Shown: positions 37,314 to 46,059, counted from the stretch's first letter. The stretch: DNA of 53,703 bases from a virus (IMGVR_UViG_3300018939_000022:1-53703), one strand, 5' to 3'. Notes: generated from the letters alone by a model not told the origin. Made by a program: numbers and translations.

Positions 37314-38601
37314 CGATGCGATCACCGATCCACTTGGCGACGTTCACACAGACAGCATTCCCAAGCTGGCGGTAACGCGCCGAATCTGACATCGAAACCC
37401 TCTCACCCTTTTCGTTGACACCCCATGCAGTGAAATCGTCTGGAAATCCCTGAAGCCTTTCGCACTCGCGCGGGGTGAGGCGCCGAACGCCGACGCCCTG
37501 ATAACTGTGTGACGCGCCGGAGCGCAGAGCCTTCGCCGTGTCCGTCGGCGTCAGTTGGCCCGACTTGTTTTCGTGCCAGCCGACGAGCATCTGAGCTTCC
37601 ATCGCCGGGTCTGAGTTGTTGTGCTGATTGCTCCGCAGGCAGGGTGCGACAACGAACGTCTCCGTGTCGCCGTCCATGCGCTCGTTGCTTGTTGAGAGGG
37701 ACGTTTCAACGTCCCTCTCCCCGAAGTTGTTGGCGGCGACGATGTGCCCCGACTGCGCGGCGTTGTCGTCAGGCCCGCCCGCGAATGTGTCGATGGAATT
37801 ACAAACGGCGAGCGTGCGGTTGGCCGTCAGGCTGCGCGTTCGCCCCGGCTTGTCTTCGAGCCATGAGCGGGCCTTGCCTCTGAATGAGGTGTCTCCGCTA
37901 CTCCCGGCCTGCCAGTCGAAGGTGTAAGGCTCGCCGTCGCCTCCAATGCCGCCCTGAGCGTCGGCGGCAACTCCCGGCCGCGCTTCTCCGCGCGTCGGAG
38001 GATTCCACGGCACGCTTTCGCGCTCAAAAAGTATTTCGGCGCAACTTCCGTCTCCAAGACTTCCGACAAGGAACACACGGCGGCGTCGCTGTGCCACTCC
38101 GTCAAACTGAGCGTCAAACACCCGCCACGCGACGCGATACCCGATTTCTGTAAGGCCAGCGAGGACGGTCTCAAAGTCGCTAACCTCTTCCACTTCCCAT
38201 TCACCACCTTCCACCGCGTCAGGCGGCGGTTCGACGGGACTCCAAGAGGAGAGAAGGCCGGGGACGTTCTCAACGACAACCCATCGCGGCTCAAGGCCCG
38301 CAACAATTCGTAGAGCCTCAAACCACAGCCCTGATCGCTCTCCGCCCAAGCCCGCGCGCTCTCCGGCCACAGACAGGTCTTGGCAGGGGAATCCGAAGCA
38401 AACAACATCGACTGGCTCAAGTTGCGAGACCTCCACGTTCGTCACGTCGTCAAACCTTCTGGCCTTCGGGAAGTGCCGCGCCAGCACGGATCGGCAGTCG
38501 GCCTCTATCTCGACTTGCCACAGGCCGCGCATCCCGGCCCGCTCGAAGCCGAGATCGAAGCCCCCCACCCCGGCGAACATTGATCCGAAAGTCAGCACCA
38601 T
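37291..38601 (-). CDS. DNA (cytosine-5) methyltransferase
   Basis: FAGVGG, GFPCQD, ENV, QRRRRVF, RRLTPRECERLQGFPD, LGNAV. Confidence 0.95.
   Translation of the reverse strand: MVLTFGSMFAGVGGFDLGFERAGMRGLWQVEIEADCRSVLARHFPKARRFDDVTNVEVSQLEPVDVVCFGFPCQDLSVAGERAGLGGERSGLWFEALRIVAGLEPRWVVVENVPGLLSSWSPVEPPPDAVEGGEWEVEEVSDFETVLAGLTEIGYRVAWRVFDAQFDGVAQRRRRVFLVGSLGDGSCAEILFERESVPWNPPTRGEARPGVAADAQGGIGGDGEPYTFDWQAGSSGDTSFRGKARSWLEDKPGRTRSLTANRTLAVCNSIDTFAGGPDDNAAQSGHIVAANNFGERDVETSLSTSNERMDGDTETFVVAPCLRSNQHNNSDPAMEAQMLVGWHENKSGQLTPTDTAKALRSGASHSYQGVGVRRLTPRECERLQGFPDDFTAWGVNEKGERVSMSDSARYRQLGNAVCVNVAKWIGDRIVKVTGNA
37827..38420 (-). CDS. Nested alternative-frame ORF, M.EcoHK31I beta-like
   Basis: CSLSEVLE...KYFLSAKACRGILRRAEKRGRELP motif in a second frame inside the C5-MTase gene. 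Confidence 0.65.
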   Translation of the reverse strand: MSQSMLFASDSPAKTCLWPESARAWAESDQGCGLRLYELLRALSRDGLSLRTSPAFSPLGVPSNRRLTRWKVVNGKWKRLATLRPSSLALQKSGIASRGGCLTLSLTEWHSDAAVCSLSEVLETEVAPKYFLSAKACRGILRRAEKRGRELPPTLRAALEATASLTPSTGRPGVAETPHSEARPAHGSKTSRGERAA

Positions 38602-38865
38602 TCAGCCTTCACTCCCCGCGCGCGTGTAAGTGCCTCAAGCCACTACCCCCGAAAGCCCTACCTTCTCTCACTAACCTACCCCTTCGTGCCTCCTGACGGC
38701 GTAGAACAGGACGGCGACGAGGAAGACTTCGATGAGGAGTGCCCAGACTGATACATCCGTCGTCATGGCGTAACCTCATTAGGCGGTCAGCCGCGCAGCT
38801 TTGAGCGACAGATCGGACTCGACTTCGTTGCCCCATGCGTCCGCGAGACGTGATAAAATGGCGCA

Positions 38866-39438
38866 ATGAAACAGTGCTCGAAGTGCCTCCAAAGAAAGCC
38901 GGAAACGCGAGAGTTTTTCCCTCCACACAAGCAGTGCAAGAACGGTCTTGCCCCCGTCTGTAGGGATTGTTTTGCTGCGTACCAGCGGCAGTGGAAGGCT
39001 GCGAATAGGGAGCGGTTGAGTACCCGCCGAAGGGATTTGTATGCTCAGAAGCACGCCCCGAAGAGAGCAGAGCAAACCCGCCTGTTGAAAGATTCTCAGC
39101 CGCTTCGATTCAGGGCTTCGATACTGCGACAGGGAATGAGGGAGAGGGCGCGCGAACGCAGCCTGCCCTTCGATAGCAAATTCTTCACCAACGATTACTT
39201 GATGGGCTTGATCCGCAGTACGCCGACCTGTGAGTGCTGCGGCTGCGCCATCAACTACGATTATAAAAGCGGTGTCCGTCAAAACGATTCTCCGTCTATT
39301 GACAGGTTCAACCCTTCAGAGGGCTACGTCGCGGGGAACGTCACTCTGATATGCTGGCGGTGTAACAACCTGAAACGTGATGCGACTCCTGAAGAGCTGG
39401 AGATGGTCGCGCGGTGGATGCGCTCAAAGCCTCTCTAA
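38866..39438 (+). CDS. HNH-type endonuclease (free-standing)
   Basis: CSKC..CRDC, CECC, SIDRFNPSEGYVAGNVTLICWRCNNLK. Confidence 0.85.
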   Translation: MKQCSKCLQRKPETREFFPPHKQCKNGLAPVCRDCFAAYQRQWKAANRERLSTRRRDLYAQKHAPKRAEQTRLLKDSQPLRFRASILRQGMRERARERSLPFDSKFFTNDYLMGLIRSTPTCECCGCAINYDYKSGVRQNDSPSIDRFNPSEGYVAGNVTLICWRCNNLKRDATPEELEMVARWMRSKPL

Positions 39439-40051
39439 TGTCGCGCCCGTCCAAGTCGTTCCCGAACTGATCCCACCCCTCGACCCTCTGCCGCGCGAAT
39501 AACTCGACGCGGGGAACGTCGCCCATGAGTTGCACGATGCGGCTACGTACTTCTTCGGGCTTTTCGCTGTGGCGGGAAACCGGCGAAACAACTATTTGCT
39601 TGACGGACTTGCTGATGCGTTGCGGTCGCCCGCGCCGCCCCAAAAGCACGATCTCCGCGTTGCCGCGCGTCCAGCGTCCGAGGCCGCCGAAGATGTCGAA
39701 CGCCTGCTCCGCGCCGCGTGGCAGGCGTCGGCCCTGCCGCGCCGCCGCGCCGCGGTTCTGTTTTATCCACACGAAAGCGCAGGTAACGTATTCAAAGCCC
39801 CAAGCTGCGATCACGTCGAAGGCCACGGGAAGCAGCGGGAGAGTCGCCCACATGAACAGCGTGCAGTCGGGCGCGGCGAGTTCTCTGACGGGCAGGGCTT
39901 TGATTTCTGCCGCCGACATGGTGGGATACGGGCAGCCACCCCGATACGCACACTTCCCGCTCGGAGGCGCGGCCACGTTGTAACTCCACGGCGGATCGGC
40001 GTAGATGACCGAATACCGTTTCACCGCCCCGTCTTCGTAGTAACTCTTCAT
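39341..40051 (-). CDS. MT-A70 family adenine methyltransferase
   Basis: IYADPPW, LFMWAT, WGFEY, HSEKP, VELFAR. Confidence 0.92.
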   Translation of the reverse strand: MKSYYEDGAVKRYSVIYADPPWSYNVAAPPSGKCAYRGGCPYPTMSAAEIKALPVRELAAPDCTLFMWATLPLLPVAFDVIAAWGFEYVTCAFVWIKQNRGAAARQGRRLPRGAEQAFDIFGGLGRWTRGNAEIVLLGRRGRPQRISKSVKQIVVSPVSRHSEKPEEVRSRIVQLMGDVPRVELFARQRVEGWDQFGNDLDGRDIREALSASTARPSPALQESHHVSGCYTASISE

Positions 40052-40130
40052 TGCCGTCTCCCGCCGCGCCGCGCCGTGGGGCGTCAGACCCTCGCCTTCC
40101 GCCGTCCGGTGCGGCGGTCGAAGAGGGGTT

Positions 40131-40511
40131 TTAAGGGGAGTGGGGAGAGGGAGCGTCAGACTTGGCATCAGAGGGCTTGCCGGCCGCGGCGGGACGACAG
40201 AGGCTTTGCAGCCAGCGCGCCGTCTCCTCGCACTCGCGGTCAAAGTCCTCGTCGGTCTTGCCGAGGAACGTGCGCTCGTACCAGATTTCAAGGGCGGCCC
40301 GCCGCGTCTCAGCCCACCGCTTGATCGCGCCGAGCGTGATCCAGAACAGGGCGCGGAACTCGCCGCCGTGGGCCGACGTGACGACGTGCCAGCAGGCGTA
40401 TGTGTAGGTCGAAACCCGCGTGCTCCGCGACAGCGATTCGACCGCCCGCCGCTTCGCCCACTCGTGCATCCTCTGATTAGGCGGGTTGGTCGCTTCGTCA
40501 ATTTTCGGCAT
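40131..40511 (-). CDS. Hypothetical protein
   Basis: GAGGTG RBS. Confidence 0.55.
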   Translation of the reverse strand: MPKIDEATNPPNQRMHEWAKRRAVESLSRSTRVSTYTYACWHVVTSAHGGEFRALFWITLGAIKRWAETRRAALEIWYERTFLGKTDEDFDRECEETARWLQSLCRPAAAGKPSDAKSDAPSPHSP

Positions 40512-40564
40512 CGTTTCACCTCTCCCGGTGCGCCCCCTCGGAAGGCGGGGGGCGGTTAAAAGTC

Positions 40565-41206
40565 TTAGGTAGAATGGGGAGAAAGACCCTCTGGGGTGGC
40601 GTCAGAGTCCCCGCGTCCCGCGCCGGGGAAGAGAGTGGTTTGCGCGCTCTCGACCTTGCGCTCGACGGTGCAGATGGTGTCGTTGTGGCCGACGCCGTGG
40701 CACACCAGGAGTAGTTCGATAATCTCGAAACCCCGGTGAAGCCCCATGCCCATGCTGTTCCAGCCGAAGGAGAGCACCACACCGCCGACCGGCATCATCC
40801 CGGCGAGCGTGTTGCGTTCGGGATGCCAGTTCGTTTTCATGGCGTCGTGTCGCCCCATCTTCAAGCCGACGCCTTCGTAGCACTCTTTGATTTGCCGGGG
40901 GCTGTAGGGCGGATCGAAGAGCGCAAGATCGGGCCGCGCGCCACTGTTGCGAAGGCGGACGAGGAACTCATCGGCCATCAGGTGCGAGTCGGCGGCTGTC
41001 TCCGGGTTCAGATCGTTCGTATAGGTGGCGAGCCGCTTGTTACGCGCGAACGGGTCAACGGATACTTTCGACTGCGCGAGGTACTTGCGGACGAGCGCGC
41101 GGATCGGCGGTATGTCAAAGGTGTTCTTAGACGGCATCGCCCACACGCGCCGCATAGGTATCTGCGCCGTGCTGGCGTACTCGACTTGTTCGAGAACTGC
41201 GCTCAT
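40565..41206 (-). CDS. Small adenine-specific DNA methylase-like protein
   Basis: VDPFA SAM motif, LFDPPYSPRQ catalytic motif. Confidence 0.8.
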   Translation of the reverse strand: MSAVLEQVEYASTAQIPMRRVWAMPSKNTFDIPPIRALVRKYLAQSKVSVDPFARNKRLATYTNDLNPETAADSHLMADEFLVRLRNSGARPDLALFDPPYSPRQIKECYEGVGLKMGRHDAMKTNWHPERNTLAGMMPVGGVVLSFGWNSMGMGLHRGFEIIELLLVCHGVGHNDTICTVERKVESAQTTLFPGAGRGDSDATPEGLSPHST

Positions 41207-41308
41207 AAAATTCAACCTACCGGCACTGTCTGCGCCCGCCCCTATTCCGCTGAATCCGCCCCCGCCCCCGTTGCCTCACCCGCCCCTCCTGTGGTTGAAT
41301 GCGCGGTC

Positions 41309-41437
41309 ATGGGACACTCAGATAAAGGGATCATCCTCGGCGGCGACGGCTGCACAGACACCATCTGGCCCGACTGTAAAGGGATCATTCAGACCGGCGA
41401 CGGATACCTCGGCACGATCTTGACCGGCGGCGATTAG
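41309..41437 (+). CDS. Short peptide with three G-x-I-x-x-G repeats
   Basis: MGHSDKGIILGGDGCTDTIWPDCKGIIQTGDGYLGTILTGGD; stop lies 10 nt from the TPR gene stop; start uncertain. Confidence 0.55.
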   Translation: MGHSDKGIILGGDGCTDTIWPDCKGIIQTGDGYLGTILTGGD

Positions 41438-41446
41438 GCCGCGCGC

Positions 41447-42142
41447 TCACCCCTCACCCGCCACTTCCGCCCGCATGACAGAGGCCGACGCGAGATTCAT
41501 AGCCCTGCGCGCCTTCCTAAGTAGCCGCGGCTCGTCGAAACGGCGGAACGTCTGCATGGCTTCGAGCGCGAAGCCTTCGGCCTCGTAGAATCGCTTCTCG
41601 CCTATCAACACTTCCGCCGTAGATAAGTTGACTTCTGCCGCCTTGACCGGCTTATCCGCGAACAGCGCACGCGCCTGATCGAACAAATCATGCGCCTCGT
41701 CAAAGCGGCCGAAGCGGGCCTTAAGGAGCGCGAGGTTGTTCAGGGCGCAGCCCGCCTCTTCGCGCTGTTCGTCCGTTCGGAGCTGGTAGTCGATCCCGGC
41801 CTGAAACTCGATAAAGGCGCGGTCTATCAGATCGGGGTTGCCGGCCGCGGCGTCCTTGTAGAGCGCGCCGCGCGTCATGTGGAACCAGCCGCGCTGGCGG
41901 TTGCTCCCCGCGTCGATGCGGGGGACGAACTGATTCAACAGCCCCAAACCTTCGGCATACCGCCCATCGGCGGCCTCCACCTTGGCGGCGAGGATCACGG
42001 CGTCTATGTCGCCGGCACCGACGAGCGGGGCCAATACTTTGCGCGCCCCTTCAATGTCCGACCGCGAGAGCAGTGAGGCAGCCAGGGCGCACTGGTCGCT
42101 TAAAAAGTCGGGCGCGTTTTTAAGTGTTTCCGTCGCGATCAT
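41447..42142 (-). CDS. Tetratricopeptide-repeat protein lacking an HTH
   Basis: TPR pattern ALNNLALLKARFGRFDEAHDLFDQA plus further helical repeats. Confidence 0.85.
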   Translation of the reverse strand: MIATETLKNAPDFLSDQCALAASLLSRSDIEGARKVLAPLVGAGDIDAVILAAKVEAADGRYAEGLGLLNQFVPRIDAGSNRQRGWFHMTRGALYKDAAAGNPDLIDRAFIEFQAGIDYQLRTDEQREEAGCALNNLALLKARFGRFDEAHDLFDQARALFADKPVKAAEVNLSTAEVLIGEKRFYEAEGFALEAMQTFRRFDEPRLLRKARRAMNLASASVMRAEVAGEG

Positions 42143-42189
42143 CTGTAGAATCCCTTCCGACTACCGAGGTCTGTTGAGGTGAACCCCTG

Positions 42190-42429
42190 ATGAAACGACT
42201 ACTGCCCTTGCTGCTCGCCCTTGCCCTCTGCGCCCCCGCCTCCGCCGGCACGATGTATCCCGGCTACGGCCCCTGCTACCCCGAAATCCACGACGACTGC
42301 CCGCCCCCGTGCCAACCCGGCGTCGATTGCCCCGACGACGACGGCGGGACTCAGTCGGCGTCCGCCGGAGAGGGCGAACTGAGCCATGCCGCGCTCGATC
42401 TTCTCCGCGCCGTGCTGGCCCTCTTCTAG
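42190..42429 (+). CDS. Small secreted propeptide
   Basis: TAGAAT at 42146, GAGGTG RBS; signal peptide ending ASA; mature part begins GTMYPG; hydrophobic C-terminus ALDLLRAVLALF. Confidence 0.85.
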   Translation: MKRLLPLLLALALCAPASAGTMYPGYGPCYPEIHDDCPPPCQPGVDCPDDDGGTQSASAGEGELSHAALDLLRAVLALF

Positions 42430-42432
42430 TCC

Positions 42433-43005
42433 TCAGACCGCCTGCCTAGCTTTCTTGTCGCCGATCATCGGCACGCCCGACGCCTGCGCCTCCTTGCGGC
42501 GTATTTCGGCGTCGATGAGCGCCATGCCCTGCTCCGCGTGCGTCCACAGGGACGCCAGTTCGTCGCGAATTTTGTTCAGGTCGTTGATGCTCATCTCGCC
42601 CTGCTGCCTGCCGCCCGCTTCGGAGATCGCCGTCGCGACGTGGAGGTTGATCTCCGCGAGCGTGCGCTGAATGTCTCCGCGCCCGGCCGACCCGTTCAGG
42701 CATCGCCGCGCCCACCTCACGGCCCCGTGCGCCAACTCCAGCGACAGCGGCGGGTCGCACCGCTCCGCCAGGTCTATCTCCGCGCGCTTGCGGATGACTT
42801 CGTAGTAGGCCGCGACTAAAGAGGGGCTGCCCGATCCGAACTCGCCCAGCGGCTCGCATATCCGGTAGGCCATGTTCGGCGTCACGCGCAGGACTTCGGC
42901 CAACTCCTCGCCCCTCTTGAGCCACACGCTGTTGCGGTGGATGAAGGCACGGCGGAGGTCGTCGTTTCCGGGGTTGTCGGCTTGGACGATGACTCTGATG
43001 TGCAC
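42433..43005 (-). CDS. Hypothetical regulator (CII position)
   Basis: LAEVLRVTPNMAYRI HTH-like stretch downstream of cro. Confidence 0.5.
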   Translation of the reverse strand: MHIRVIVQADNPGNDDLRRAFIHRNSVWLKRGEELAEVLRVTPNMAYRICEPLGEFGSGSPSLVAAYYEVIRKRAEIDLAERCDPPLSLELAHGAVRWARRCLNGSAGRGDIQRTLAEINLHVATAISEAGGRQQGEMSINDLNKIRDELASLWTHAEQGMALIDAEIRRKEAQASGVPMIGDKKARQAV

Positions 43006-43116
43006 GATAAAATTCCGTAAAAAGCGCGTACCGTTTTTAAGCCGTTTTACCCTTCGTCTCTGCTAACTTCCCATCGCGCCGTCCGTGGGCGGCGCTCCCC
43101 TCCGTAGGGGAGGGGG

Positions 43117-43371
43117 CTATACGGCGTCGTCGGGGAACGCCCACGCAGACTTCGGCACGCCGGCCGTCCAGCACGATGCGTGCGCCCCGCGGGATTTATT
43201 GCCCGCGCTGTAGCCAGCGAACACCGCCCCGGCTTCGAGGTCTGCCATAGTCAGCAGCCGCCCGCAGACGCGGCACGGCTCGCCCGCGTACATGGGTAAA
43301 ATGAGCCGGCGCGCACGCTCTTTCGAGAGCGTCAGAAAGTTTTCGTCCGTTTGGTCGTGTGTTGCGCTCAT
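43117..43371 (-). CDS. Hypothetical zinc-binding protein
   Basis: CRVC...HASC. Confidence 0.55.
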   Translation of the reverse strand: MSATHDQTDENFLTLSKERARRLILPMYAGEPCRVCGRLLTMADLEAGAVFAGYSAGNKSRGAHASCWTAGVPKSAWAFPDDAV

Positions 43372-43382
43372 GGGGGCGTCCC

Positions 43383-43619
43383 CTACGCGGCGCGGGCGTT
43401 TGACGGCCTCTCGCGCTGCGGCTCACGGCCCACCGCAGAAACGGGGACTCCCAAGTATTTGGCGAGCTTGGCGCGGATTTCCGGGTACACGAACGTGTAG
43501 CGGCGGTGGATGACGCGCGAGACGATTTCCGGGGTCGCGTTCCACTTCCGCGCCAGCCCCGCCACAGTGTCGCCCCGCTTCAATATCTCGACCTTGATTT
43601 CCAGAGCTGACAGTGCCAT
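43383..43619 (-). CDS. Cro/Ner-like HTH protein
   Basis: AAGGAG RBS; TVAGLARKWNATPEIVSRVI HTH; divergent from the repressor. Confidence 0.8.
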   Translation of the reverse strand: MALSALEIKVEILKRGDTVAGLARKWNATPEIVSRVIHRRYTFVYPEIRAKLAKYLGVPVSAVGREPQRERPSNARAA

Positions 43620-43663
43620 TCTCGACTCCTTTACGTGCCTGCTATTGCAGGCTGCGTATAAGC

Positions 43664-43690
43664 ATATAGTACATCCTGTACTAAGTCAAG
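43664..43690 (-). promoter_or_regulatory. Leftward early promoter with operator TAGTACA-N3-TGTACTA
   Basis: TTGACT -35 with a palindrome filling the 17-nt spacer; 26/27 identical to 46184-46210. Confidence 0.85.
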
Positions 43691-43701
43691 GGGCAATATT
43701 C

Positions 43702-44211
43702 TTGTCTCAAAATGGCAAAGGCGAGGGCAGGACGGGGCGGCCCCCTAATCCTGTCCCTGACGACTCATTTGGCGGGCAATTGCGGGCGGCCAGAAAAGCG
43801 GCTGGATATGCCAGTGCTCAGGCATTTGCAGATGATATTCCAGTTGAACGCCCTACCGTGAATAGGTGGGAAGGTAACAAGGTCACACCGCCGCCGCTTG
43901 CGTTAGTACGGATCAATCAACTGTTAGGTACTGACTTTCCGATCCCGAAATCTTCACGTAAAGCAGCGGGCGCAGCTAAGAAAACAGCAACTAAGCAACG
44001 GCAGAGTACAAAGGCGGCAAAGAAAAAACGGCCATCCACGCCTAGTCAGCGGAGGCCGACTGCCCCCGGACTTGTCCACCCCGGCGATCCTGAGACAACC
44101 AAACTAACGCCCGACCAACAGGCGAAGTATGATCGCGTTATCGAGCGCACACGCAAGAAGCACATCGACGCGGGTCTAATCAAAGGGGATCAAGGGGACG
44201 TAGAAGAATAA
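43702..44211 (+). CDS. XRE-family repressor (CI/ImmR-like)
   Basis: LRAARKAAGYASAQAFADDIPVERPTVNRWEGN HTH; TTG start with AAGGGG. Confidence 0.82.
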   Translation: MSQNGKGEGRTGRPPNPVPDDSFGGQLRAARKAAGYASAQAFADDIPVERPTVNRWEGNKVTPPPLALVRINQLLGTDFPIPKSSRKAAGAAKKTATKQRQSTKAAKKKRPSTPSQRRPTAPGLVHPGDPETTKLTPDQQAKYDRVIERTRKKHIDAGLIKGDQGDVEE

Positions 44212-44221
44212 GGGGTGTGGC

Positions 44222-44683
44222 ATGTTATCCCTCGCCAGAAAGTTTCGACGGCAGATCAAGGGGTGGAATCGGAGGCCGCTAACCGAGGATGACTTTCATC
44301 GGCTGCGCGAGAGATACGGCGTGGCTCTCTCCGAAGAGGATTCGGAGGATATGATCTGGAAGGGCATCTATACCGTCATAGACGGCGTGCCGACCATCAT
44401 CATCAACGCAAAGCTAAAAGGGCTTGAGAGGTTGTGGACTCTCTTCCACGAACTCGGCCATCACCTCTTACACTCGCCAGCAACCTGTTTTTTCTCTGAG
44501 GATACAGTCAGAAAAGCGCAGTCCGAGGCCAACGTGTTCGCCGCCATCGCCCTCATCCCCGAAAAGTACGTCCGCCAGATGTACCTTTGGGAACTCTACG
44601 ATTGCGACGAGTTCGCGGCCAAGCTGTTCCAGATCAGGCTTGAGGTTTTCGAGAGATACGAGAAGAAACAACCTTTGACTTAG
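44222..44683 (+). CDS. ImmA/IrrE family metallopeptidase (anti-repressor)
   Basis: TLFHELGHH HExxH motif, EANVFAA, directly after the repressor. Confidence 0.9.
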   Translation: MLSLARKFRRQIKGWNRRPLTEDDFHRLRERYGVALSEEDSEDMIWKGIYTVIDGVPTIIINAKLKGLERLWTLFHELGHHLLHSPATCFFSEDTVRKAQSEANVFAAIALIPEKYVRQMYLWELYDCDEFAAKLFQIRLEVFERYEKKQPLT

Positions 44684-44696
44684 AAACAACTTAATC

Positions 44697-45503
44697 ATGG
44701 ACAAGTGGCAAACGAGGCGCATCCTCATCCTCGGCACGACCTACCCCTCGCACTCACAGAAGTACACGGAGACGGTCTGCACCGGCGGCCTGTTTGAAGA
44801 CACCCTCCAGATGTGCCGGCTGCATCCCGTTCCCCAACGCTATCTAGAGGCTCAACACCGCGTCCATAAATTCCAGTGGATAACGGCGCGCGTTATGAAG
44901 CACGATACTGACCCGCGCCCTGAAAGTTACCGCATCGATCCGCAGTCAATCGAGCCGCAGGAAAAACTATCGGATCACGATGAGCGCCGCCGGCTGTTGG
45001 AAGAGTCGCCCAACCTCTGCCGCTCGGTTGAGGAGTTGTTTGAACACTACGAAGGTCACGGGATGTCCCTGGGGATCGTCGTGCCGGAAAGCATTCTGGA
45101 TTGTTCGGTTGAGATGAGGCGCGAGTCGGAGCGCGAGGCGTGGCAAAATAAGGAGCGTGCGCGGGCGTTACAGGAGAGACTGTTCGGGGAAAAGCCCAAG
45201 CCCCTTGCCTTCCCCGAAGCGCAGTTCTTCGTTCGGTGGAAGTGCCAAGAGCCGGACTGCCCCACGCACAACATGAGCATACTTCAGTGGGGCATCCACG
45301 AACTCTACCGCAAGTACAACGATCCCGAAGTCGCTAAGGAGAAGGTGTTACAGAAGATGCGGCAGGAATTGAACGAGGGGGAAAAGGACATTTTCCTTTT
45401 TCTCGGCAACTTCCGCACGATCATGTACAACTTCGGCCTGATGGATTCCTACTCCGCACCGGCTAGGGCAGCGAACAAAGATCAGTTCAGCCTCTTCCGC
45501 TGA
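44697..45503 (+). CDS. Hypothetical protein of a family I recall next to DUF488 genes
   Basis: TTYPSHSQKYTETVCTGG...RLHPVP N-terminus. Confidence 0.75.
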   Translation: MDKWQTRRILILGTTYPSHSQKYTETVCTGGLFEDTLQMCRLHPVPQRYLEAQHRVHKFQWITARVMKHDTDPRPESYRIDPQSIEPQEKLSDHDERRRLLEESPNLCRSVEELFEHYEGHGMSLGIVVPESILDCSVEMRRESEREAWQNKERARALQERLFGEKPKPLAFPEAQFFVRWKCQEPDCPTHNMSILQWGIHELYRKYNDPEVAKEKVLQKMRQELNEGEKDIFLFLGNFRTIMYNFGLMDSYSAPARAANKDQFSLFR

Positions 45504-46059
45504 ACCGGAACCGCGCGGGGTGAATGAAGGCCGTTTCTTGCAGAGAACGCAGCGGCGACCCCAGGCGGCGGAACGGCCGCATGTCCTCAGACGTGGCTAG
45601 TGGTAAGTGTACGGCGCTCACCCTACGATCCAGCCTCATCAAAAACTCAATCAGCACTGACCTGTGACAGTGTTCGGGTAAACGCTCGTAGCACGTGAGG
45701 CACGCGGGCCGACCTTTTTCGACGGCGAGGCGCACGTACGAGTACAGTTCCTCGACGGCTTCCGGGTGCGCCACAAGATGCTCCCGGTAACGCCCCAAAC
45801 ACTCTTCTGCGCTGGCGGTCGTCTTCCTGATGGACGCGGGGTTGCCCGCTGCCGCGACGTGAATGTAATCGATCCCGCCGCGCGCCAGCCCGTCACCAAG
45901 CGGCCCTTTGATGAAATCCGGCCGGTTACTCCACGGCTTCTCCCGAACGTCAATGACTGCGCCTGCGCCCGCCCGTTGCAGCTCGCGGACGTAGGCGGCG
46001 AGGTTAAGGCCCTGATAGCCGAGCGTGAAAACTCGCATAGGTGTCTCGGTCGCAAACAT
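45487..46059 (-). CDS. DUF488 domain protein
   Basis: FTLGY, VIDVR, LTCYERLPEHCHRS motifs. Confidence 0.88.
   Translation of the reverse strand: MFATETPMRVFTLGYQGLNLAAYVRELQRAGAGAVIDVREKPWSNRPDFIKGPLGDGLARGGIDYIHVAAAGNPASIRKTTASAEECLGRYREHLVAHPEAVEELYSYVRLAVEKGRPACLTCYERLPEHCHRSVLIEFLMRLDRRVSAVHLPLATSEDMRPFRRLGSPLRSLQETAFIHPARFRFSGRG

Noticed and set aside
31588-38674. 15-bp direct repeat ACCTTCTCTCACTAA at 31588 and 38660 flanking the replication/methylase block
   Set aside because: About one 15-mer match is expected by chance in 54 kb, and the match does not extend
40736-41308. N-terminal part of the 233-aa plus-strand ORF
   Set aside because: Mostly antisense to the methylase gene; only the repeat-bearing 3' end is credible
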